Assembly: GCA_040437565.1 (NCBI GenBank) | Contig: JBDOQK010000010.1 | Coordinates: 434,001 to 498,000, forward strand | Direction of reading: 5' to 3' | Length of the DNA stretch: 64,000 nucleotides | Source: Albugo candida | Taxonomy: Eukaryota | In this document: one piece after another, positions 24,481 to 35,297 of the stretch | Layout of the letters: the number at the start of each line of letters is the position of its first letter | Position numbering within the stretch: the stretch's first letter is position 1 | Translations under genes and position numbers: made by a program | The notes under the pieces: generated by a model | Told to the model about the DNA's origin: nothing | The model's database searches: none | What the model saw: the letters and a program-made list of their open reading frames with translations, nothing else

Positions 24481-27129
24481 TTAGCAAGTAACTTGTGCGA
24501 TAGGCATACGTGGAGTCAATAGCTTGTAGCAGCTGCTGGTTGCGTGGTCAGTTAGATGCTTTCTAAGCACAATGTGGCGCTTCTAGTGATTGGACAACTT
24601 TGCAGTCATTACGATTAGCAACAGCGTGACCAACATATCATAATTCGGTCTAAAACAGGTTCAAAATATGCGGCTGTTACGTACATGATAATAATAATTT
24701 GTTCATACCGTTCCAACCACGTGAATGACTTGAGAAAACAACTAGGTTAGGAACGAGCGGAGAAAAATAGAGTTTTCAAACTCTCAACAACCCTTTAACT
24801 GCGTTCAGTCAGTCTCTACAGCGCAATAAACATTCTATGTAACCATCCCGGAAGTGACGCATTTTCTTCTACAGCTCAGTGTAATACATTCAGTCACAGG
24901 CAGCTTCATAACTCCATCTATGCGTGTGCTACACAAACTTCTCTTTCTCGAAGACAAATATGTGACTTAAGGCCACCACATTCATAAAAAGTAAACTACC
25001 AGCGCTATTCATCAGCTTTATACTCCCACATCAACGTACCCTTCTGCTTCAATGTAGAATATATGTCGCCTTTGCCGACAACAACTGAGCCATTTTAGAC
25101 CACATTGTCATGATGCGTCATAATAAAGGCTACCTTCAAAAACTCCGTGGCATGAAACCTAACCTGAAGGAGAAAACAGCAGAGATCAACCTTGCACCCT
25201 GCGATATAAAATCACACGTTTGGTATCCATAGAAGTTTCTATGAACTGAGCATGCTTTCTACGCATTATGTAGGCAGAAAAAGCAGTTGGAGCCTTGTGT
25301 ACATTATTTGGCATCCAGTGCATACCCACAATGTGTACAGCAATATTTCTGAAAATAGGAAAAAAGCCTCACTTCTAGGCAACATGGCATGCTATATAAT
25401 CAACGATATCCCGTCAAAAAGTAAAGATTACTCAATATACATTCCATAATCATAAATTCTTCTCAGATTTGGGCGGGAGAATATCACGTCGCAATGCTAG
25501 TTTCCATTTAGCACAATTTATTTAGAAAATGTCATACGCTGTGATGTCTCATTGCATCATATTAATCATTGCAATGTAACTTGACCTCACTTGCGCGCCC
25601 TTTAAGATTGTCCATGACTTCTCGTTCTGAGTCACTCTCAACATACTATGTTATATCACTTCAGATCTGATACAAACTGAGGAATGGCAATACCACGTAA
25701 AGCACCTCAGTATCTACTTCAGAATATGATATTTTCATAATGTGGGCATTTTGGAATGCTACACAGACTCCGATGCATTTACAAGTACACTACCCTTATA
25801 TTTGTTGATGCAATTTATGCCAGTTTTTGGCAATAGTGTGATTACAAACGCCTTTTTGCATTACTTCCTAGAGTAGTAAACTCACAGATATTACATCGTA
25901 CATGCCAAGCAAAATGTGCTTTCAGCAATTGCAACTTATTTGCGACTGACGAGAAGTATAAATTCTTCGTTTAGTGTTCAAAGCAAGCACTTTGGTGACT
26001 CCAATAGTTCAACTTCAAATAGTGATAGTTGCTACAAGACGGCTTCGTCATATGCTTGGATCAATCCCTGCTGACGTCCTATATATCTTCAGCGTTACAG
26101 ATAAGGGAGCAGTTGTTTCGTTCTCTTCTATGGTCTAATGAGGAGAGCGGTATAAAAGGCCGAGGATCAAGACTTCTAGTTGAACGTCTGATCATTTACA
26201 ATTTATCAACTTAATGCCTATTGCTTCATACAGGGCTTAAGAGTGCTAGCGTCCAGTGCGATTTCATCTTTTGGATCCATGGGAAAATTACATCAATAAG
26301 ACTAAGAAGCATGTTTCGAAAAGTGAGATTGATGCCTAATCTGTCAAATACTTCGTTTCATTCATAATGCCTATTCATCGTTATGCAAGGATATAAAATT
26401 TCTTTCATAACATCCATCCTGTTCGCTGCATATATCGGAGGAAGAAGATAGTTCAATCAATTGAATCAAACAATTGAAGGGCTCTCACGAAATGCGCATG
26501 CTTTTTTCCATCTCGTGTATGCTCCGACATTATCTCTAATTGTGTTACACGATGCGGATATGCATGCCTTTACTAACAGGGAAGCTTCGTACTCTCATCT
26601 GATACGTGTTGTGATAAACAGATTGTGGTGCGGAAAAAGTCTCTCCGCCTCTTGATTCCGCGATGTTGGAATGCAGTAGGATTTATTAGGGAACATGCAT
26701 TACTTCGAAAGGAACAGGTGCATGACAAAAAAAGGAGCATAGAGACGATACGAGCATCACCTTTCTGAGGAAGAAGGATTCGGCATTTTCGAAGAATGCA
26801 GGAGCTTTGATGAGTGTAGGCCTTGACGATGTATCTCTGGCGAGCTTTGTCAAGCGCATTACAGGAAGTGGTACAATTTCTTCTTTTTCCATCCATAAAG
26901 CATGGGCGATTTGACCATGAGATCTGATAGCCGATTTTTTTGCCTCAAGTAATTCACGCTGTGAACCTCATACCTATAACGGTACTGATATATATCGATG
27001 CATATCAGCCAACCGGAAACTTAATACTCNNNNNNNNNNNNNNNNNNNNNNNNNNNNNNNNNNNNNNNNNNNNNNNNNNNNNNNNNNNNNNNNNNNNNNN
27101 NNNNNNNNNNNNNNNNNNNNNNNNNNNNN

Positions 27130-27670
27130 GATCCAATTCAAACAAAACCGTCATTTCGCTAGGTCATTTCTTGGATTTCATTGGAAATATTATAAGAAAC
27201 TTCGTACACAAGTTTGTATGGGAATGTTCTGAGAAAGCATGTTAACAGTTTCTACATGTGGTACTAATTTATAGTGTATCCATTGAAGGCGTCTATATAG
27301 TGCCGTGGTAGTGAACACAATGACGTTTCAGTGGAAGCATGTGAATGTCATGTGATCGTCACTCCAAATCTTGGCAATATAGATAGGATATAAAGCTAGT
27401 TGCAGAATGAAATACTGCCAAATGATCCAATTCAAACAAAACCGTCATTTCGCTAGGTCATTTCTTGGATTTCAAAGTATTATAAGAAACTTCGTACACA
27501 AGTTTGTATGGGAATGTTCTGAGAAAGCATGTTAACAGTTTCTACATGTGGTACTAATTTATAGTGTATCCATTGAAGGCGTCTATATAGTGCCGTGGTA
27601 GTGAACACAATGACGTTTCAGTGGAAGCATGTGAATGTCATGTGATCGTCACTCCAAATCTTGGCAATAT
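27130..27670. repeat. ~250-bp near-identical direct repeat (27130-27380 and 27424-27670)
   Basis: Both copies start GATCCAATTCAAACAAAACCG and end TCTTGGCAATAT and differ at one small indel/substitution site. The first copy starts at a gap edge. Confidence 0.85.
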
Positions 27671-27820
27671 GTGATAGCAAGCAGCTGAGTTAGGACAAGA
27701 AACGGAAAAAAACACATAAAAAAAGAAATTATAAACAACAATAGCGAACTTTATATTATCGATATCACATCTGCAGCCACTACTTCTACGCAGCCAACTC
27801 ACTGACCAAGGTGTCGCCAA

Positions 27821-28040
27821 CTACCACCAGTAACGATAGCGATAGTTGTATCGGTAATATGGGTATCCAAATCCACCTGTCCACATTTGTTCTTGATTTG
27901 GATCTTCATCATTTTCACTAGCATGACGAGCATGTACTACTTGATGCTAGAGAAAGGGCGAATGCATACGCAAGCATGACTTTGCTTCCATTCACAACAT
28001 TTATATCACCGACAGCAAGAATGATGACATAAACTTTCAC
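27821..28040 (-). other. Small Tyr/Arg/Gly-rich secreted-peptide-like gene or pseudogene
   Basis: Frame 27946-27821 reads HQVVHARHASENDEDPNQEQMWTGGFGYPYYRYNYRYRYWW*. It is preceded by CCCTTTCTCTAG (acceptor-like) and a hydrophobic leader VKVYVIILAV from GTG 28040 that is 1 nt out of frame. Confidence 0.45.
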
Positions 28041-28843
28041 TAGTCACACAGATGTGATGTGAGTATCTACTGCTCACAAAAAATGTTTAAGCTATGCATC
28101 GAGAGCCTCGATAGCATCGTACTGATTGGCAAATCTGCCCATTAAACCCACATGCACCTTCAAGATTTCTGAAGGAAACTCGTGAGCTTCGTACGGAGCT
28201 TTTTATCGCCTTCATTCCTGACATGGTCATATACGTGATCATGCACTGATTAGTTCCTCAAACGTTATCTATATTACAATATGAGTCTTGACCAAGCTCT
28301 ACTGGGGGACGATTGCGAGAACACAACCTTAATAAGAACTCTTCCACATGATCAAATATCCTTTTGTATACAAGTCAGGCTTTTCGTCTTATCACAGCAG
28401 TTGATCGGACACTCTAAGAAAGTTACAATTGGCCTATCCGAGCAGCTTCACATTAGTATAATTCTGACGGGGAAATGTTCTATTTGCGAAGTTACTAACT
28501 GTAGTCAAATGTGCAATAATTAGACTTCGCAAGAGTGGGGTATGAGATATCTGGTCAAAGTATCCTTCCACATGGCTACCATTCAATTACTCCAAATGAT
28601 CTCGCAAAAAGATTAGACTGAATGCGCTTTGTAGGTGATAAATGTACCGATTGAATCGGTTTAACCACACGAAGCTAGCAGTATCAGTTTGATCAGTCAG
28701 AACTGCTTCAGTCTACCGCCAGTCAAGTGACTTTGAGCAGATATATTTGACACATCACTAAGTGTATTGTGCAGGCATGAGCATCTAGAGCATCTGCTGT
28801 GCGATACGGTCTTCTAATCAGATTTGTACGGTTCATCTCGAAA

Positions 28844-29938
28844 ATGCGCAACGTCATTGCAGCACCAAAGGAACGGAAAACACGTTTTTGCTTTGCGGAA
28901 ATTCATGACATAATTCTACTAAAAGAAGTGATCGGTGAAAACGGCTTATTTCAACAGAGTCCCGCTTTCCATACAAAAACGCAAACGTGGCAATTGATTG
29001 CGGAAAATATAAACAAATACGGGGTTCATGTAGATTCACACCGTGCCAAACTTCGGCTGCATCGTCTTGTACAACTACATGAACAGGAAGAAAATGATCA
29101 GATAAAACGTTCTTTTGTCTCTGTCGAAAGAAGTGCAGAAGACCATAAAGTATCTGAGAAAAAACTATTATTACGTCGTTATTGCGCCTTGCGAGACGCC
29201 TTACAAGCGTCTACTCGAAAGCAATTAAAGATAGAATCAGATAATCATGAGGAAATCACAGAAGCCAACGGTCACCCCGAACGACCTTCACCCGAACAAA
29301 ATGCATCAAAGGCGCGAAAGCAACGATTTTGTTTTTCTGAGGAGCACGATTTGATAATTCTAAGGGAAGTATTGCAACACTCCGAGTTGTTTCAACCCAA
29401 TGGAGTACATAGACAACAAATATGGCAGAATATTGCGGAGAACGTGATAAAACAAGGAGTGAATGTTAGCGGATATCGTGTTCGTCTGCGGCTTCAGCGT
29501 TTAGTGGAGCTTTATGAACAAGAGATCAATCAATCTTTGTCGATAGATGGACGATCTGGAATCTGCCTCGCAGAAATTTCAGAGAAAAATAAGCTATTGC
29601 AACAATATTGCGATATGTTACGTACTGGGTTTGTGTCCGATAAGGAGTTTGGAAGAAAACGCTCGTCACCGGCGATTGATTTCGACACTCGTGAGCAAGT
29701 TGTCACGGACCATGATACCGAGAAATTTGACTCGGTTGCATCAGAACAACAGGAAGATGGAATTACTGAGACGTCAATGAGACCTCCATCTAGTTTTCAG
29801 AATGAGATTCTTGCGATCAAACGAAGAAAGCTGGAGTACACTCTCGAATTCCAGCAGCAAAGCATTGCATTGCAGACGAAAACATTAGAAGTACAAACAA
29901 AATTGCTACAATTTCTAGAAAAAGTGTTGAAGGGCTAA
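28844..29938 (+). CDS. Protein with two tandem Myb/SANT-like DNA-binding domains and a C-terminal coiled coil
   Basis: Repeats RFCFAEIHDIILLKEV...WQLIAENI...RAKLRLHRLV and RFCFSEEHDLIILREV...WQNIAENV...RVRLRLQRLV. C-terminal KRRKLE followed by a Gln/Leu heptad helix. First ATG at 28844. Confidence 0.75.
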   Translation: MRNVIAAPKERKTRFCFAEIHDIILLKEVIGENGLFQQSPAFHTKTQTWQLIAENINKYGVHVDSHRAKLRLHRLVQLHEQEENDQIKRSFVSVERSAEDHKVSEKKLLLRRYCALRDALQASTRKQLKIESDNHEEITEANGHPERPSPEQNASKARKQRFCFSEEHDLIILREVLQHSELFQPNGVHRQQIWQNIAENVIKQGVNVSGYRVRLRLQRLVELYEQEINQSLSIDGRSGICLAEISEKNKLLQQYCDMLRTGFVSDKEFGRKRSSPAIDFDTREQVVTDHDTEKFDSVASEQQEDGITETSMRPPSSFQNEILAIKRRKLEYTLEFQQQSIALQTKTLEVQTKLLQFLEKVLKG

Positions 29939-30157
29939 ATGGGCTCAATTTATTTTAACTTTTGACACTGCAGCGCAGCTCCAGGTGGACGCTTTGGTCG
30001 GAATGACAAACAATCTAAGCTTGCTTACTCTCTGAAGAGTATTATGTGAGGCTTCTGGCTCGTGGGTAATATTTATTTGGTAGTAGATCGGCTTCACATT
30101 TTATGAGATGGTAACAATATAGCTGATTGAATGTCCAATTATATAGAGAATGCGTTT

Positions 30158-31477
30158 TTAGGAACTGTGCCAGTCGCTCGCTTCGGGCGATATCGACCGA
30201 CCTAGCTCATGAAATGTTTTTCCCACAATCTCCACCGGCCCACCCCCATAACATAATCCATCATCGCCGTACAACGCGAGTGTTTGTCCCGGTGTAACTG
30301 CTCGTTGAGGGAATTCTAAATCGATACGCAAATACTGTTCGCTTCTTGTAGTTTCACTCGGTACCTCAAGGAAGCTGGAGGACTCACAAACAGCTTTAGC
30401 TTCTGATACCACTGATACAAGACACCGACCTGGATCCTGGCGATAGCGAGCTCGATAGTGACAAGTTATAGATTTAGCGGCTCCATTTTCCTGCAGTTTT
30501 GGTGGCTCAGTGCCGATCCAATTAAAATGCTTGGCTGAAACGAAACAATAATTGGAGAACAGCGCCGGGTGTCTCGTACCCCGAGCAATGAATATCGTCC
30601 CATCTACTTTTCGCTTCCCAACGATAAAGTATTTCGCGTCCATACCACTAAGACTAGCACGCTGTCCTACTGTGCAAGAAGCAAAGCATTTATGGCCTTT
30701 GGGCATTAGCAATCGATCCACATCGTGATAGAACCCTTCTTTAGGAGCAATATATTGGCTGATAAAGGGACCAAAATGACGCTTTCCGATAAAGCATAGA
30801 CCCACGCTATCGCGTTTCAGAGCAGTATGTAGATGGTGGCGCTTGGCAATCTCTCGAACCTCTTTTTTTCGATAGGAACCCAATGGAAATAACACTTTAG
30901 AAAAGGCACTGCCGGGCACTTGTGAGAGAAAATAACTCTGGTCTTTGTGAGGGTCTACACCGACATATAATTGGGGATATTCATTGGTCAGGCCATCTGC
31001 TTTGGCTTTCTTCAAAAGTGCATAATGACCGGTTGCCACAACATCAGCTTGGAGAGTCTCGGCAAAATTGATGAACTCTTTGAATTTGATTTCCCTATTA
31101 CATAATATATCAGGATTTGGAGTAAGTCCCGCTTCGAAGCCTTCCAAGCAAGGAGCGAAAACTGTATTCCAGTATGAAGAGACAAAATTGGTCGTACGGA
31201 GAGGAATACCAAGCTGCTCACAAACTAATTGAACATCCTGGAGATCCTGATCTTGTGGGCAACATTGTGTGCCGACTTCGTCGCTAGAATCCCAGTTCTT
31301 CATGTACACACCGGTTACTTTGTGACCTTGCTGCTTTAGAAGCAATGCAGCTACGGAAGAATCAACACCTCCAGACATGCCGACTACGACGTGCAACTTC
31401 CTCGCATTTGTGTGCTGTAACCCTGTGACGTACCGCTTAAAGTTCCATTGTGTCGCTCGCCGCCAATTGCAAGACAT
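30158..31477 (-). CDS. TRMU: Mitochondrial tRNA-specific 2-thiouridylase MnmA/TRMU
   Basis: SGGVDS PP-loop, YMKNWD, TPNPDILCNREIKF, ATGHY, KDQSYFL, DSVGLCFIG, RAVTPGQ. Arg-rich N-terminal presequence. Confidence 0.97.
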   Translation of the reverse strand: MSCNWRRATQWNFKRYVTGLQHTNARKLHVVVGMSGGVDSSVAALLLKQQGHKVTGVYMKNWDSSDEVGTQCCPQDQDLQDVQLVCEQLGIPLRTTNFVSSYWNTVFAPCLEGFEAGLTPNPDILCNREIKFKEFINFAETLQADVVATGHYALLKKAKADGLTNEYPQLYVGVDPHKDQSYFLSQVPGSAFSKVLFPLGSYRKKEVREIAKRHHLHTALKRDSVGLCFIGKRHFGPFISQYIAPKEGFYHDVDRLLMPKGHKCFASCTVGQRASLSGMDAKYFIVGKRKVDGTIFIARGTRHPALFSNYCFVSAKHFNWIGTEPPKLQENGAAKSITCHYRARYRQDPGRCLVSVVSEAKAVCESSSFLEVPSETTRSEQYLRIDLEFPQRAVTPGQTLALYGDDGLCYGGGPVEIVGKTFHELGRSISPEASDWHSS

Positions 31478-31720
31478 TGTTTGTACTTAAGTTAAGTTCG
31501 ATTCTGAGATAGCCATCCGCTAGCGTATTGTACCACTTTTATCAAGCTACTCCTTTAATAATGCAATTGCGTGAGCTTAGGGCGCCACTTATAGCAGTGG
31601 CGATGCCATCCATTTAAAATACTAACGATTGGATGGAAACATCGCTTCTCTTGTTTGTGATTGGACAGTGGCTACCCAATCTCTGTTTATTGTCCAAGAG
31701 CTCGGAACCAATTATATACA

Positions 31721-33530
31721 ATGCAAGCGTCGAAGCGTGCTAAAGTCGCCACCATTCCAGCGCCTCATAACAGTGAAAAAACACAGCAACAGAGTCCAAA
31801 CGACTATGAAAGCAGACGCAAAGAGAACATTCAACGCAATTTAGAGTTTCTTCGCTCAATGGGCGTCTCAACTGTAAGCAATTTCTCAATGTTAATGCGA
31901 GCAAAGTTTCACGCTCTCGTTTTCCACAGGCGAAAACCGCGGCAAGGACAGCAGCAGCCAACATTCGCAACACAATGAAGGACCGAGCTCTTGAATCTCG
32001 TCAAAAGAAAAAACTGAGTGAGAAAAAGAGCTCTCCGACACGTTTTTCCATGCGCTTACGAGGCGAAAATCCATCATCTTTGGCGCTTGCAGAAGTGGCA
32101 AATACAGCGGACTCATTTGATCGGTCAGAAGAGGTATTCTTCACCTTGCTTCAAGTCATTTTATACTAATTTTGCGTCCCAGAAAATTGAGCGATTGGCA
32201 CCTGATTTTGCCGCAGAAGCGCTCAATTTGAATGGAGGTGCCAATTCTCGCTTACTAAAGAGATTATGTAGTGGATGGGACAGTATACAGACAACGCGAG
32301 ATGGTCGGTAGCAACTGTTAAGTAACTTCGATCCTTGGGAATTGACTTTCATTTATAGAGTATCAGCTTCCATCGAATTCCACTGGTCACAAGATCGTAA
32401 ATTACCGCCTGGATCCTGCAACCATTGTAAAAGTGACGGACGACCGCGTGTACTCACTTGTATTCCATCCACGAGAGGATAAACTCTTGATTGCCTGCGG
32501 ATCCAAAAGTGGTCAATTAGCTTTATGGACGCCCACCATTACTGACGACAAAGATATCGATCCTGTGGCTACGTATCGTCCCCATATTACTCCAGTTTCG
32601 CGCTTGCTGTTCGATCCAGATCATCCTGCGACGCTGCTATCTTCCGGCTTTGATGGATCTTTTCGTCGTTTCGATTTAAGTGCCGCCATGTTCCATCAAA
32701 TACTCGCGTTGCCCGATGATGAAGGAATTACCGACTTTATCTATGACTCAACCAGAAGACGATACATTCTCAGTTCACACGAGGGGAAATTGTGGCTGAT
32801 GGATGAGCGTGAGCGGCCTGAAACCGCTTCGCCATTCCTCGTGCATGAGAAAAAAGTCAACACAGTACATCAACATCCCATCTCCACTGAGTATGTCTTT
32901 TGCTATCAACGCTCGCAATATACCCAGACATTTTTTGTAGTTGTGTGATAACAGCCTCACTCGATCGATCTGTCCAAGTCTGGGATCTCCGCAAGCTTGC
33001 ACGGTCTAAAAGAGTCTCAACCAAGCTACTTGAACCAGTTGTGACGATGCCTCACGCGCGAAGTGTGAATTGTGCCTACTTTTCACCTTCTGGCTCGCAC
33101 TGTGTCACAGTCTGTCAGAATAACTTCAATTATATATACGAAACCAGCGCGTCCAAGTGGAACAAGATTGCCGACAAATCTCCCGCACCACTTTTGACAA
33201 TTCCACACAACAACCAAACTGGCCGCTGGATCACAAAACTTCATCCGAGCTGGGTTCGTGCGCTTTCTCTTGTGCCTAAATGCACATCTGATATATCAAT
33301 TATTGATGTAGAATCCCAAATACACGACACCCAAAGAAGAACAGTACATCATCGGATGTATGCTGCAGCCACGTCGTCTCCAAATTTTCAGCGCAGTGCA
33401 AAGTGCGCAGATCCAAGAGCTAACAAGTGATTACTTCAAGTCGATCCATTCAATCAACGTATTTCATCCCACACTCGATGTGATTGCAAGTGGAAATTCA
33501 TCAGGGCGGCTATGTTTATGGAATGCGTAG
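31721..33530 (+). CDS. WDR76: WD-repeat protein 76 / Cmr1-like, multi-exon
   Basis: N-terminal YESRRKENIQRNLEFLRSMG, KVTDDRVYSLVFHP, TASLDRSVQVWDLRK, HARSVNCAYFSPSG, HNNQTGRWITK and FHPTLDVIASGNSSGRL. GT-AG introns at 31874-31929, 32134-32182 and 32304-32358, plus two more downstream. Confidence 0.9.
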
Positions 33531-33750
33531 TCGCTTTATAAGCCTCGATCCAAAGTACTTGATATTCCCGCTGATGCTCATCCTCTCAGTCGGACATGTG
33601 AACTAACGGACTCCAAATCTGACGATACCAACACATTCGCGATTCGAAATCAGACTCTTATCAATTTACAAGTTCCAAAAAAGACAGCTATTTAGAATAC
33701 AATGGAAACCATGCGATTTCTTCGAAAGGTGCTTGGCAAGCAGCATGTTG

Positions 33751-34845
33751 CTAGCAACTAGACTTGTTCCCTTTTTGAGAAACGACTCCATTCACCTTGT
33801 TGTCCGATGTAAATGACGAAGAAGCCCACATACTAAACGACATAACAGCTGAAAATCGGCCACGGTCTGAAACAAATTTACCTTTACGCAGCATATCAAC
33901 GCATTCCTGAATTGCCAGAGTGTGTTTGGTTGCAGATACACTTTTACGGTGGACGACGATAAGCGTACCATCATCCACAACATGAATCACCTCGGTGCAA
34001 GTGCTTCGACTGCTTTGAATAGTGACTGAATTAACGGTATTGTTCACGGCCGCCACTAACAAGCAATATCACGTTCCATTACTTTCAAACACAGAAATAA
34101 GCATCGGTGCATTTTACTCATATCCAACGACGCATTGACCAAAACTTGAAGATTTGCAAGGACACCAATCTGATCGACTTCAGCGGTAGCGTGAATAATC
34201 GATCCATCCGCTACGAAAATGGCTTTCAGAATTCCACGTTGTTGTTGCACTAGCATAGAAGCTGTCAAGGACTGTCCATAGCATCGGTTAAGCACAAGTT
34301 TGTTGGCACAGTACACTGCTTCAAAAGGCGTTGGATAGAATGTCGAATGATCCCGACAATTCGGAGGTGGAAGCGGTCGAATTGACGCACATTGTGGCCC
34401 ACATTTCCCAATTCTGCGGCGAATTCCAGAATGAAAGCTTCTAGGATTTCATTGGCGATGAAGGACGAAAAGGTAGCGCCGTCGGAAGGATCGTGAAACA
34501 TGGCGCAAAAGACCTTTGCAGCTTCATTGGAGACCACGGTGACTGCCACTACGTAGTCGCATAACCTCTCATGATGTATATACCGTATATGTGAATATAG
34601 ATGTCTACCTTTTGCGAATTTGATATACGACACGGGCGAACCAGTAACTTTGGCAGAAAACTCGAGCATGGCCGTCATCAAGGAGCCGATAAGTCGTGGC
34701 TATGGATAGAAAACAAGGATTCGAATGATATGGTTGTTAAAGTAAGGTATAGCCACGAGTTATATACTTGAGATATCGTATTGGTATATTCTTTGGAGAA
34801 AAGCATGATACCACTGGATGCCATGATTAATACATTTCGCAACAT
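33751..34845 (-). CDS. Uncharacterised longin-like domain protein, multi-exon; 3' end approximate
   Basis: Spliced N-terminus MLRNVLIMASSGIMLFSKEY...|PRLIGSLMTAMLEFSAKVTGSPVSYI has the longin beta-beta-alpha pattern. The later exons (GILKAIFVADGSII..., NSVTIQ...TLIVVHRK) suggest a second longin/roadblock-like unit. Confidence 0.55.
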
Positions 34846-35297
34846 ATCGTGCTCCAATTTGTACAGAGATCAGTGGCGTCGAAATCTGATACTTTGCAGT
34901 AAGTACGTTTATGGAAAAAATAGAGCTCCGTTTCTCTTCTCCGTGAAGCTGACTTTTTTTTGCCCGCTCGAAATCGGTTAGGCGATTAGCTTTATCTGAC
35001 GCATGTCAAAAATTCGCTTAAAAACGATAAGGTACTTTGCGTGTGGCCGTATCTCTGTAGCTAGCTGTATACTTCAGACCCGTACACGTATCGTTCCCTT
35101 AGAGAAATATGAATACTGGTAGGGACCTACCCGACGGAGAAGTAACTTTCCTATAGGTAAATAAGTCTCCGTGAAATGCTTACAGATGTCTTTGCTGGCA
35201 ATGTACGATCTATCAAAAAACGCTTCCCTTACCGCTATAATCTTCTTAAATCCGAATAAGACATACACGAGGGTATACGGTACTTTTGATCTTTTCC

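Noticed and set aside
26573-26896. Short minus-strand ORFs (MEKEEIVPLP...)
   Set aside because: No recognisable domain; could be an exon but is unsupported.
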